A DNA stretch of 64,000 nucleotides from Felis catus. Its lineage: Eukaryota. The notes beneath the pieces are model-generated. The model was given only the letters and a program-made list of their open reading frames with translations. It did no database searches and was not told where the DNA came from. Shown piece by piece: positions 38,558-50,325 of the stretch. The DNA lies in the NCBI RefSeq assembly GCF_018350175.1, contig NC_058368.1, positions 63,366,001 to 63,430,000 on the forward strand, in the 5' to 3' direction. The number at the start of each line of letters is the position of its first letter. The first letter of the stretch is position 1. The translations under genes were made by a program, and so were the position numbers.

Positions 38558-38739
38558 CAGTGGTTCTCAAAACATGGTCCCCAGAGCAGCCTCAAGATCG
38601 CCTGGGAACCTGTTAGAAAATGCAGATTCGCAGGCTCCACCCCAAACCTACACAATCGGAAATATCAAGGGTGGGACCCAAGACTGTTAATAATACCTCC
38701 AGGTGATTCTGACATGCACATCAAATTTGAGAACCACTG
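38558..38739. mobile_element. MER5A hAT-Charlie MITE, full length
   Basis: Perfect 14-bp TIRs cagtggttctcaaa / tttgagaaccactg, 182 bp apart end to end. Confidence 0.9.
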
Positions 38740-39243
38740 CATTAGGACGTTCGGCGACCTGTGTCCAGACACTAGGTATATAAAAATGAAATAAAGGTTA
38801 AAAAAATATAATTTGGTGCGATAAGAATCATTAAGGAAGATTAACAATGTATTATGAAAGACCAGATGAAGAAACTGTGAAGCCTTATTGTGGGCTTCTC
38901 ACACAACCTTTTAAGCAGCCTTTAAAATCATAACGTGGTCCTAAGATCCGACCTTGACCATGGATAAGGCCATGTCAGATGAGCCATCAGACCACAGACT
39001 GGCAATTTTAAACCCAAATATCTTGTTTACTTTCCGTCTTTTGATGAGAGATCAACCACCGCAGTCAAGCACAGTGCTCTCGAGATCAAGAGGAACAGTG
39101 GCAAGTTGCATTTTCTTCTGCAGCCACTGTTCTCATCAGCTCTACCCCACTCCATTCCCAGCATCTTGCCCAGGAGTTGACCATTCAAGTTTTGGCAAAT
39201 TTAAAAGCTCTGGTTCAGCACTGAGTAAGTGATCAGTGTCTAA

Positions 39244-39920
39244 CCGAAGCCAGATTCCGACAGAACACACACACACACACACACACACACCCCACACTCG
39301 ACACCCCTCTCCTCCACCCCGTCCCGGGTGTGCGCCGCAGGGACTCTGCGCAGCCCAGCTCCTCCCGCGCAAACCAGAAGCAAGAAAAGGAACAAGCGAG
39401 AAACAAGAAGCAAAGGGGCTATCTGCTGCTGCTTTCCTGGAAGAAGCTTCCAGAGGGCCGCGCCACTTCCCCGGTCGCTTGCCGAGGCTCCCTCCGCGAC
39501 TGGGCGTAAGTCTGTCGCCGCTGCCGCGCGTGTCCTCAGCGAGGGTGCAAGTGCCCAGCCCCAAGCCATGGGGGCCAGGAAACGCGGGGACCTGCCCTCG
39601 CACGGGAACAGACGGTCAGCGTTCGGAACTGAGCCCGGGGTGTGGTACGCCCAGTCCCCTGGGGGAGCAGCAGCCGCGCGCTGGCGGCCCCCGCTGGCGA
39701 AAACCCGCCTGCTCCAGCTCCACTCGCCGCCGCCCGGACGCACTGCGCAGAGCGCCAGGAAGCAGGGCGGAGGCGCAGCACTGTGGGCACCCCTCCTCCC
39801 TGGCTTGCCCCACCCCCTACCCCATTCGTCCGCGTTCTCCACTTCGCTCGTCCCTCCTTTTCTGGACCCTTCTGCAGCTCTCCTCACAGACACTGATTTT
39901 TAATAGTGGGAGGGAGGCGC
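39244..39920. promoter_or_regulatory. CpG island promoter
   Basis: Abrupt GC- and CpG-rich block in AT-rich, CpG-depleted surroundings; GC box GGGCGG at 39765-39770, NRF1-like cgcactgcgcag at 39739-39750, (CA)n at 39264-39290. Confidence 0.9.
39330..39505 (+). other. Probable non-coding first exon of an unidentified plus-strand gene (start approximate)
   Basis: Lies in the CpG island, contains no ATG, and ends at GGC|GTAAGT (39506-39511). The island extends past the donor, as is usual for first exon/intron 1. No downstream exon recognised in the window. Confidence 0.55.
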
Positions 39921-40519
39921 TGCCCTGCTGGACTTTTGACCTTAGGCATTCCAGAAAGCACCTCCTAAGTAGGGTTTTAAAAGAAAAAGCAAAGGCTCAT
40001 GTTGCTGGAAAGAATCAATGGAAGTTACTTTAGCAGTCTACCACCCCCCCCCCCACATACACACCCCTACAGTCGCACCTGAAAACAGTCCAAGAGCATC
40101 ACCAGCGCTGAGCAAAATTATCAAGTAGGTAAAATAAATATCCTTTTTCTGAGAACACACAGGCACATCCTCTCACACTCTAACAGGCACAGGCACGAGG
40201 ACCTGTATGTTCTGACATTCTTGTGCCACTCGGTGCCCTCAGTAGTGGCATCAAATGCACTGTAGCTTCCTCCGTTTGCCCAGGTTCTGCTAGATTACTG
40301 GAGTATATGAGACTGTCTTTACTTGGACTAAGCCAGTCCCTGAGGCCTTACTGTGTGTTGGAGGGATAAGGATGAACTCGGGTAGTAAAAGGGAAAATGT
40401 ATACCTGTGCCTTGAAAGCATGTCTTAGTTCATCAGGTATTACCTGGCTCACAGCATTGGTTTGCTGGGGAAAGGATACTTGGTGTATCATTGGATAAGG
40501 GAGGGGTCCAGCAGGGCCA

Positions 40520-40757
40520 GAACAATGGCATTTAGGCCTGACTGCATGTAATAATTATCTAGGAGACAAGGAAGTGTGATGCAGGGGTGTGTGTGTGTGT
40601 ACAAAGTACCAGGTTTGGGGCTTGGATATATATCAACCATTTTAAAATGTAAAAACCGTTTTTATACTCTGGAACAGGCCTGGACATAATTTGGGTTTTG
40701 TTTGTTTTGTAATTTCTTAGCTGATTCTAAGATGTGGTCATGATTCAGAACCACTAC
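40520..40757. mobile_element. MER5-like MITE (degenerate)
   Basis: Ends ctgattctaagatgtggtcatgattcagaaccact, like the MER5 terminus. Confidence 0.45.
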
Positions 40758-40860
40758 ATTAAAGCAATTCTCAACGTGTGGCTTCAGGACCAGCAATATC
40801 ACCATCACATGGGAGCTTGTTGAAAATGCCAGTTCTCTTAAAAAAAAAAAAAAAGGCAGA

Positions 40861-41053
40861 GGGGGACTGCGCCTGGGTGGCTTAGTCCATTGAGTGCCAA
40901 CTTTGGCTCAGGTCATGATCTCATGGTTCCTGAGTTCAAGCCCCACGTAGGGCTTGCTGCTGTCATCACATAGCACAATTCAGATCCTCTGTCCCCCTGT
41001 CTCTCTGCCCCTCCCCCACTCACACTCTCTCTCTCAAAAATAAACATTTTTTT
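40861..41053 (+). mobile_element. Can-SINE, first of a tandem pair
   Basis: Head and tail present; flanked by aaaatgccagttctc at 40823-40837 and 41054-41068. Confidence 0.92.
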
Positions 41054-41069
41054 AAAATGCCAGTTCTCA

Positions 41070-41281
41070 GGGGCACTGGGTGGTTCAGTCAGTTAAGCAT
41101 CCCACTCTCGATTTCGGCTCAGATCATTATCTCAGGTTCATGAGTTCAGGCCCCACATCAGGCTCTGCACTTATAGCACAGAATCAGCTTGGAATTCTCT
41201 CTCTCCCTCTCTCCCTACCTCTCTCTTGCTCTCTCTCTCTCAAAATACATAAACGTAAAAAACAAAAAAAAGACATTAAAA
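41070..41281 (+). mobile_element. Can-SINE, second of a tandem pair
   Basis: Head and tail present; flanked by aaaatgccagttct(c/t)ag at 41054-41070 and 41282-41298. Confidence 0.92.
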
Positions 41282-42069
41282 AAAATGCCAGTTCTTAGGT
41301 CCCACCCCAGATCCACTGAATCTGAAACTCTGGGGCTGTTTCAACAAGCCTCAGTATTCATCCAATATTTGGATTCATGCTAAAGGCTGTGAACCATTAG
41401 GGATTGGCTGGTCTGTACTGCCCTGAAAGCTAAGAATGATTTGAATATTTTGAAAGGGCTATAAACAAAAAAACAAAGAAGACTATACAACAGACCTAGA
41501 TGGACCAACAAACTAAAAATATTTACTATAGCACCCCTTCCAGAAAAACACCCCAATCTAGACTAGACATTCACATGGTGAGGGACTCTATACCCACCAG
41601 ACACTGGTAGTATAAGGGCACTGAGAAATTTTGTGGAAGAGTGAGGTATTGGCCATTGCAGGGAAAAGACAGGATTGGAAGCTATCAAGAGTAGAGGGAG
41701 GGAAATCATTTTATTCTAACTCATATGAAAGACTGGGCTTTGCTTACAGGATGTACCAAAAGGTCAAAGTAGGATTTCCCTCTTTTTGCACATATGTGTT
41801 ATTAATTGGCATTAAGCAAAAAGACATGTAGGGTAGCTCTTATATAAGGCCTATCTGAGCCACAGCAGCCTTCCAAGTGGAATATTAAGTCAGCCCATTC
41901 TAGATTCAGCCCATACCCAGTTTCCCTGGGTCTATATGAGGGTGTCTGTTTGTGAGTTTGTTTTCCTAAGCTCCTTGTGGACAGAAAATAAATGCTGTAT
42001 TTATCTTCGTATTTATCACCTGAGCACCATGATAGGCACACAAAATGTACTTAAATGTGTACTTATTTG

Positions 42070-42252
42070 AGGTGCCTGGGCAGCTCAGTCAGTTAAGTCC
42101 AACTCTTGATTTCAGCTCAAGTCATCACCTCATGGTTCACAAGATCAAGCCCCATACCGGGCTCCACGCTGACTGCATGGAGCCTGCTTGCGGTTTTCTC
42201 TCCCTTTCTCTCCTCCCCTCCCGCCCCCCATAAATAAATCATCATTTAAAAA
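42070..42252 (+). mobile_element. Can-SINE
   Basis: gaggtgcctgggcagctcagtcagttaag...; TSD aaatgtgtac(t/c)ta. Confidence 0.88.
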
Positions 42253-42447
42253 AAATGTGTACCTACTTAATAAATGCTTGTTTGTTTAATTCCTACTTGT
42301 GGTTTTTCCAAGTTGTAGCACCAGTTTTCCACAAATGTGCTAGGTTAGGTATTTGGAGAGACTATACCAACTGTTTTAAAGCGAAGAGTCTGAATGACAT
42401 GAAGGCTCCAGGACATCCAAAATAGTAAGCATTAAATATACATTTTT

Positions 42448-42675
42448 GGGGGACGCCTGTGTGGCTTAGTTGGTTGGGTATCTGACTTTGGCTCAGGTCA
42501 TGATCTGACTGCTTGTGAGTTCAAGCCCCGCATCAGGCTCGGTGCTAATGGCTCGGAGCCTGGAGCCTGCTTCACATTCTGTGTTTTCCTCTCTCTCTCT
42601 CTCTCTCTCTTCCTCCCCGTCTTGTACTCTCTCTGTCTCTCAAATATAAAAAATAAATAAATAAAACATAAAAAC
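42448..42675 (+). mobile_element. Can-SINE (SINEC_Fc)
   Basis: gggggacgcctgtgtggcttagttgg...ggctcggagcctggagcctg, (CT)n, tail. Confidence 0.92.
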
Positions 42676-42822
42676 ATATATTATGTATTTTCTTATATTA
42701 CATACAATGTGCTATTATGTATAATAATATATTGTTTATTTTATTATATATAATAATATATTGTGTATTTTATTATATATAATATATTGTGTATGTTATA
42801 TATTATATATATATATTTTTTA
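42676..42822. repeat. AT-rich low-complexity / short tandem repeat
   Basis: Repeated tataataatatattgt(g/t)tattttatta units and (TA)n. Confidence 0.85.
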
Positions 42823-43274
42823 ATGAAATAATGTCTGTCTTTTATATAATCATGCATCCCTGCATAAAATGGTGTATGTCTTTAACCACTCAAAATAAAT
42901 ATTTCATTGGAGAAGTTTATTGTTGGTTAATGTTGTCAGTGCTATTTTTTTCACCTAATAAGGATCACCTCCCTGTTCACCATTCTTCATTACATTAGCA
43001 AACTAAATGTGTATGCTTAGATTTCAGTTTTAAAGATCAGAATTATAGCACCCATTTCTATTGAATGATGCTATATCTAGGTCCTGGCTGACAGCCATTA
43101 CTAATACTACTTGGCTGTGGTGAGGCTAAAATGAATTCTATTAAAAGAAAAAATCCTAAATAACAGATATGTTCACAAGTTGTTCTCCACTTAGCATTCA
43201 ATCTGTTATGAAATATGTGATTCTTTTAATCCGGAATTAATGTAAAATGATTTCATTTCAGCACGGTATTATGT

Positions 43275-43520
43275 ATTTTAATTAATTTATTTACTTTTAA
43301 TTGATCTATATAGTTGACATACAATATTATATGAGATTCAGATGTATAACATAGTGATTTGACACTTATATACGCTACAAAATGCTCACCATGGTAAGTG
43401 GCATTACCATCTGTCACCATACAATGTTATTACAATATTGTATTCCCTATATCCCTATATTCCCTGTGCTGTATGCCTTGTGATTTATTTATAGCTGGAA
43501 GTTTGTACCTCTTAATAAGC
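43275..43520 (-). mobile_element. L1 3' end fragment (L1MA/carnivore type)
   Basis: tatagttgacatacaatattatatgagattcagatgtataacatagtgatttgac is the reverse complement of an L1 3'UTR. Confidence 0.8.
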
Positions 43521-44399
43521 TTTTTTTTTTTTGGCCAAAATGCCATATTGAAATTTGGGAGAAAAGCAGTCATTTTGAGAGTGGGTAGCTGTTTTGAAGA
43601 AGAAGAAAAAAAAAGGCCATTGATCCACCATCAAATGTTTGTTTCCTCAAACTTAATCCTATTGGAATTAATGGTCATGTTTCAAGGTCACTTCCTGCCA
43701 TCCAGACATCTTGCCCTTAAATTAAGAACAGGTGTAGCAACACCAGCATAATCTACTACAGTGAAACCTTGGTGTTTTAAGATCTACACATTCAGCACTG
43801 TCAAGTGTAGAGTACCTAGGTAAATCCAATTGGGGGCAGCTATCATATAAAGTCTCATTTATGCCTGCAGTAAAAACACAACTCTAACCTGTATTTTCAG
43901 CAGAAGTGATTTTTAAAATCTACTGAAAGACAATATCCCTTCATGAAAATAATATGTACCATGAAAGTGTAGGTTGAAGGTGCCTAGGAGGTTGATGCTG
44001 AAAATAACATATTTTGAGCATTAGTAAACAGCAAAAGTCACCAATAAAAGACTTTGAAGACTGTAATTTTATTAAAGGTATGCAAATACCATATCAAATT
44101 TTTGCTTCAAACTTTGATTCAGTACTTTTACGTATGAAAACCATGTTGTCTTCCTGCATGATTAGCACCACATTTTCCCAAGCAAGAGGTGAGTTCTAAA
44201 AATATATTGCAAAAATAAAATAAAAACAAAAATATATGACAGGAGGAAAGACATACATAAGGAAAAAACAAAAACAAATCAAAAAAAAAAAAAAACAATA
44301 TGCCTGTGGCCAATTCTCTGTGAGGTATTTCAAGATCCATATATGGGAAATATAGACATTCACATACAAACAGAAAAATACAAATTATATGCATATTTT

Positions 44400-45065
44400 A
44401 TGAGTGGAGTCACTCAGCTTTTATCTATAGTATCTTTGTATAGCAAAGGGCCTTGAAAGGCAGAGGTGATATCTCCCCTTAGAACAGAGGGTTTAGGGTT
44501 TTTTGCTGTTTGTTGTTGTCACTCAGCTTTTATCTATAGTATCTTTGTATAGCAAAGGGCCTTGAAAGGCAGAGGTGATATCTCCCCTTAGAACAGAGGG
44601 TTTAGGGTTTTTTGCTGTTTGTTGTTGTTATTGAGGGTTTTTTTGTTTTGTTTTGTTTTTTGTTTTTGTTTTTTTGTGGGTTTTTTTTTTTTTGCTGTTT
44701 GTTATTTTTGTTTACTGCTCAGTATAATAAAGATAAAATTTTACTCTGGGACAAAAGTCGGGTAGCTTTGCATAAAGTCCACCATAAAAGTTCTGGATTC
44801 TTTAAGCTTGGGATTCCTGAGCTGTGTTGCAAACCCACTTTGTACACAGCATCCACCTGGGCTGCTTATATCACCAAGTGGACTTGGGTGGCAAGAGGGG
44901 CTGACAAGGCATGTGAAACATGCTTCCTCATATGCCATAAGTAATAAAGTCCTTAGTCTTTGATGTAGGAGTCTTGTGTCTCCTACCAGCGTCCTTGAAG
45001 CTATAGCAGGCTAACTTGTTAGCTTGCAAGTAGGAGAAATCTCAGACCCTTCCCAGTTCTTGACA
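44400..45065 (+). mobile_element. Solo ERV LTR (MER68/MER77-like, family uncertain) with an internal 109-bp tandem duplication
   Basis: AATAAA at about 44943, then U5-like ctaacttgttagcttgcaagtagg...tctcagacccttcccagttcttgaCA. Left boundary approximate. Confidence 0.65.
44409..44628. repeat. Perfect 109-bp tandem duplication
   Basis: Units start at 44409 and 44518 (gtcactcagcttttatc...tttgctgtttgttgtt); no mismatch by eye. Confidence 0.95.
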
Positions 45066-46249
45066 CTAGAGATGGAATGAGGGTAAGAGAGATGCTCTGG
45101 GCCTGAACTTTAAGGAGGCTTTCATTCCAGATATTGTTTGGGCCTTATCTGCAGACACATTTCTTACCTCTACTCTTGGCCTTGCTTGACATCTTGGGTA
45201 ATAAGTACCTAAATAAGTATTTTACTCATCTTACAGATAAATTTTATAGATGTTTTTAGCCCCAGTTTTGTCTCCATCCAAATCACATTTTCCAATATGT
45301 ATTCATGCATGAAGTGTTTGCAGGTATGGGGAGTCTGAAGTGTCAGTGGTACCAAGTGCTATTAAAGAGAATCAGAATTGTACGATAGAAAATATAAAAC
45401 AAGCTTTCTAACTGTTTGGCAGAGAGCAGACATTGTCATCTGTGATACCATTTTGACTTCGGAGATCAGGATGCACAGCTCCCCTTGTACGACAAACAAA
45501 TCACAGTCTACTGACCTCTGCTGCCCAGCCATACATAGAAGACACCAGAACTCCCTTTGGAGTTTTCTAAATTAAAGAGATATCCACACTATAGAAAATT
45601 GGTTGCTATGAAAGAATAACTCAGCCTGAGCTAAAATGCTTTGCAGACCATGAAGGAAAGTGGCAGAGCTGTAAACACTAATGGACCTTGTAAACAGTGG
45701 TTTCAGACATTATATCTAACCACTGTGGCAGATGAGTCACATTTTTTTTTGCCTTTAGTGTCAGATGCAACCACTAAGAAAAAACATCCCTGGCAGCTTC
45801 ATTGAATGCTAATGATAAATTTTATGGAATATGAGAGGAAAGGGGATGTCGGGGAGACTTAAAATGATACTTTCATTCAGACTACTGAAAATTTATAAAT
45901 CTCTCCTAAATGAGGTGCTTAACTCTCTATTAGAAAGGTTAATTTGGGATGTTTACGTGAAAAACCTGATATCCATTAATTGATACTAACATTAGAATTG
46001 GATGTGGTTCCATTTGATAACATAGAAGGATGGGAATAAGGAGGGCAGACAAGGTCAAATTTTAAATATTGAAGTAAATGGTTTATCCTAGATAATTAAA
46101 AGATATACTAAGTCATGTCTACGGGTCCTGAAATCCCAGCCTTGGAATGATGAAAATTATGCTATATTTAATTTTAATTAGATGATATAGCAAGTATTAA
46201 GAAGGCAAGATCCATATACATGAATGTTGATGTTTACATACATATAAAT

Positions 46250-46308
46250 TATATATGTGTGTGTGTGTGCGTGTGCGTGTGTGTGTGCACACACGTGCGT
46301 GTGTGTGT
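46250..46308. repeat. Alternating purine-pyrimidine compound microsatellite
   Basis: tatatatgtgtg...gcgtgtgcgtgtgtgtgtgcacacacgtgcgtgtgtgtgt. Confidence 0.9.
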
Positions 46309-46493
46309 CTACAGACACATATACTAGTAGCACAGCCACACCATGGTAAGTCCTATTAAGGCAACATTCTATAAAGAAGGCTACATACTTTGTTGGTCTT
46401 GGAGCCCAGCACTTTTACTGAGATCATTAAGTAAAATCCATTCACTCCCAACTTTGTCTATATCAATCCAAAAGTATTTAAAAAATTACCTAG

Positions 46494-46685
46494 ACCTGGG
46501 TGGCTTAGTCTGTTAAGTGTAGGACTCTTGATTTCTGCTCAGGTCATGATCTCTCTGTGAGTTCCAGTCCCACGTCACGCTCAGCACTGACAGTGTGGAA
46601 CCTCCTTGGGATTGTCTCTCCCAGTCTCTCTACCTCTCCCCTGCTCATGTTCTCACCCTCTCTCTAAATAAATAAATAAAACTTA
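46494..46685 (+). mobile_element. Can-SINE
   Basis: acctgggtggcttagtc...; TSD aaaaaattacctaga on both flanks. Confidence 0.9.
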
Positions 46686-46967
46686 AAAAAATTACCTAGA
46701 AGGGTTTTTTAACTTAGAACTTTATAAAACAATAGAAGACTTAATGAAGAATGATTGATATGGTAAAAGACTTATTTATATTCAATTTTGCTGATCAGTT
46801 AACTTTTGCACTGACACTGAATTACCTTAGGCAAGTTACTTAACATCTCTTAGCTTCAGTATTCTCCTGAGGACCATAATAGAAAAGAACACTTTACATT
46901 ATTGTGGATTAGATGTAGACAAATAAAGTGCTTGGCGTGTACACAGCTTTTAAAAATGTTAGCTATT

Positions 46968-47133
46968 GGGGCTCTTGGGTGGCTTAGTTGGTTAAGAGTC
47001 CAACTCCTGCTCAGGTCATGATCTCACGGTCTGTGAGTTGGAGCCCTGCATCCGGCTCTGTGCTGACAGCTCAGAGCCTGGAGCCTGCTGCAGATTTGTT
47101 GTATCCCTCCCTCTCTACCCCTCCCTGGCTTGT

Positions 47134-47179
<46 letters not shown>

Positions 47180-47195
47180 TGTCTGTCAAAAATAA
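46968..47195 (+). mobile_element. Can-SINE carrying a (GT)n microsatellite, at the end of a MIR (about 46800-46965)
   Basis: Full head; part of the (CT)n region replaced by a long (GT)n at about 47135-47178. Confidence 0.9.
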
Positions 47196-47989
47196 ACAAA
47201 ATTTTTTTATGTTAGTTATTATTTTTTTATCATGCATATCATGGAAAATACACTTTTTCCTCACTGAGAATTGGTAGAAACCATTAGCTGTGTATGATGC
47301 TAAGCATCCGATCTACAATTCTCTTCTGATCCCTGGGCTCTGCTTACCATCCTCAGAGCCTCTCACAATATTCCTACTCTGCCCTTCATGGGGGTCAGAT
47401 GCCTCCCAGGACCAGGGATGAGAATTCTCAGATGTTATCCGCAATATCTCAAAAGTTCACATTTCAATATCCAAGTCTTTGTCTAGCCTGGTAAATGATC
47501 TTCAAACTCTCCTCCAAAGTGCCCCTCTGAATGCCTGCCAAGGATTACTCATGTCCCCGAAAATGGCTTCTCTCTGGATATGTGCATCCTGCAGCTAGCT
47601 GCCTGTTCCTCTCTGAGGACTGCATGCATAACATCCCTCTCTGCTGCCAAATCTGCGTCCTGTGCTCTGCTCTGCTGCTGGGGTGGGGGGAACCTAATTC
47701 CATGGCATTTCCAGTAGGAAGAATCACCTCTGCGTTTAGTCTTGTTAAAAAGAATACCCCATTGTGTTGCGTGTAAACCATGATGACTCCTGTTTGGCTC
47801 CATTGAACATCAACCTGCCTGGCAACAGCAGCCTAGAGAGCTTGCTTTTTATGAATTTCATCCCTGATATTTTGTGTACTGTAAAATACTTGAGACAGAA
47901 AAAAAAAAGACTGATTTTATAGAAACACACTTTAGGCGGGGGGGAGGGGTTATGGTTACAGATACAGTGGTATCTCCCAAGTCCTCACA

Positions 47990-48210
47990 GCAAACACATA
48001 GTGCTTCCTATATGCCATGAATTGTTCTAAGTATTTTACATATAAGCATCTACTTAATCCTCAATGGCAAGACTATGAGATAGAAACTAGTATTATCACC
48101 ATTTTACAGGCGAGGAATTTTAGGCCCAGAGGGGTTAATAGGTACCCATGGACAAAGGTAGTGGAGAGCTGAGAGGGATTCTGCTCAGAAGTGGTGCTCT
48201 GCTCCCTTTC
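47990..48210 (-). mobile_element. MIR
   Basis: ttaatcctcaatggcaagactatgagatagaaactagtattatcaccattttacaggcgagg, the MIR core. Confidence 0.75.
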
Positions 48211-48800
48211 AAATGGTACTGTTTAAAGGAGAGATTACACATGCCCATTACAAATTGGCCGTTCTCTAACTTTGAAATTTTAATCATTGACATTTATGCA
48301 GTTTTATCCACAAGAAGAGAAAAAAAAACTATTTAAAATTGGCAAAAGAAATATTTTGGGCACTTAACTTTAGAAATAACCAACCAGAAATAAAGTCGAT
48401 TGTCTTTTAGCAGCTTCCTGAAAACAAAAGTAAATATAAGAGGCAAAAGATTACAAAACCAGACCGGCAGTACATTTTATAGATTCCCTTTGCAGAAGAA
48501 AAAAAAATGCAGAATAAATAGCTAGTTCATGAAACGTTCTTGGAGAATTATGAGTATCTTTAGAAGTAGCTGCAACATAAGTCAACTGTGAATGTCTTGA
48601 TTAATACTGCCATCTAATGCCCGATGGAGAAATCCAAATTTAGTTTGGACTGAATACATCCTACTGCTGTCCTCCAAAATTACTAACAGAAACAGCAGCA
48701 CAAATTGTATTATCAACCAGGACCTATTAATTTTATCAATCATTTTGAGATAAATTCTAGAAGGCAAGGAGGTCTCAGTCTCTTTAAAATTACAGCCTAG

Positions 48801-49035
48801 GAGCACCTGGGTGGCTCAGCCGGTTAAGCGTCAGACTTCAGCTCAGCTCATGATCTCATGGTTCGTGAGTTTGAGCCCTGCATCAGGCTCTGTGCTGACA
48901 GCTCAGACAGAGCCTGGAGCCTGCTTCAGATTCTGTGTCTCCCTTGCTCTCTGCCCCTCCCACGCTCATACTCGGGAGTTCTCGCGCTCTCTCTCTCAAA
49001 CACAAATAAAACATCAAAAAATAAAAAATAAAAAA
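48801..49035 (+). mobile_element. Can-SINE (SINEC_Fc)
   Basis: gagcacctgggtggctcagccggttaagcg...gagcctggagcctgcttcagattctgtgtctccc; aaaattac on both flanks. Confidence 0.92.
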
Positions 49036-50325
49036 AATTACCGTCCAGTTTCAGGCACCTTTCGTATTCAGGCTCATTGTAAAACTGATTTCATTGTGGC
49101 CTCCCATAGTGGATAAGACAAAAGATCACAAAGTAGCAACAGTAAAATCATGTTGATACAATCAGTATCTGTTCTTGTTTCAATTTAAATCTGTTTAGTT
49201 TTTCAGATTTTTCTCCTCTTCTTTTTGAAAAGTGTATCGATAAAACATTTCATCCCTTGGATACAGCATTTCTTTAGAAGTATACCAAAAGAAAATGCAG
49301 AAGTTAAGCCAAAAGTATGAAGGCAAAACAAAGTAGTGAATGCATAAAAAGAGGTGCAGTCTGTGTGCACATTCACAGATATGTATTAACGTAAATGTAT
49401 TTTTTTCCCATTTTTAACTCCCCTGGATGATTTCCCAATACTTGATTGAAAATTATTTCTGGATACAAGTATTGGGTGATCTTGGATTAACAAATGTTAG
49501 CTAGGATATTAGAGATAAAAAGGAAAAATTACTCATTGTAATTTATATATTTGTAGTTTAAAGAATCTTGACTCATCCTTAAAAGCTCCTCTAGTTTTTT
49601 TACATGTTTATTTCATCTTTACTTAAATTTCACATATTCTATGTATTACGGCATTTTTATCATCAAAATCTTGGTTCATGATGTTCTCTTAATGAGACTG
49701 GTGGGTTGATCAGTTTCACATGGACCAGCTCCCACTGAGTGGCCTGAAACATGGCTCCACCAAGCCTATGGGGCATATGGAAGGACAGCTTGAGTATTTC
49801 ACTGGGCAGAACTTCAGGGAGAGAAGAAATGGTGCCTCGGTGGGCTGTAAGCATGCCGTGGTTTACCCACCTACCATCTCCCTCCCCTTGCCTTCAGCTC
49901 TTCTCCCTTGCTGCCCTGCTAAGGCTGACAAGAAAATTATGGTCACTGCTTGCAAAGGACAGAAAATCTTCCAGGGCTAGAATATTGTCTGGATATAGAC
50001 TAATTCCACCTTACAACGTTTACACAAGTATCTGGGGAAAAGAGGAAAATATGGTACCTATGCAGTTCCAAACCAGTTGTTCTGTTTTTTTGTTTTAAAA
50101 AGAGGTGGCTTACTGTTAAAAGTGATTCTAAAAAGTAATAAAATATTGTCAAATCTATAACTAAGTAGCTATTTTCAGAATAGCAAGTGGTTTGAGTACA
50201 GTCAACCTGTACTGTTCAAATCAGTTTGTGGTTGGCTTGGCTGAAATCGCTTATTGGGGTACTTGGAATTGAGCACAAAGGAAAGGAAATAGCTTGACCT
50301 GACATTAATTAATATAATGTTGCTG

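Larger units (their letters stand above)
40765..41398. mobile_element. MER5A interrupted by two tandem Can-SINEs
   Basis: Left half caattctcaacgtgtgg...ggagcttgttgaaaatgc; right half ggtcccaccccagatccactgaatctgaaactctgggg...gtgaaccatt. Confidence 0.75.

Noticed and set aside
39142..40033. Overlapping long ORFs (265, 217, 191, 153 aa) on both strands
   Set aside because: They coincide with the GC-rich CpG island, where stops are rare. They mostly start at non-ATG codons, translate microsatellites (HTHT, CVCV), are Pro/Arg/Ala-rich and resemble no known family.
35218..41298. Repeat-spacer-repeat patterns superficially like CRISPR or cassette arrays
   Set aside because: The repeats are target-site duplications and the spacers are Can-SINEs; the context is eukaryotic with no cas genes.
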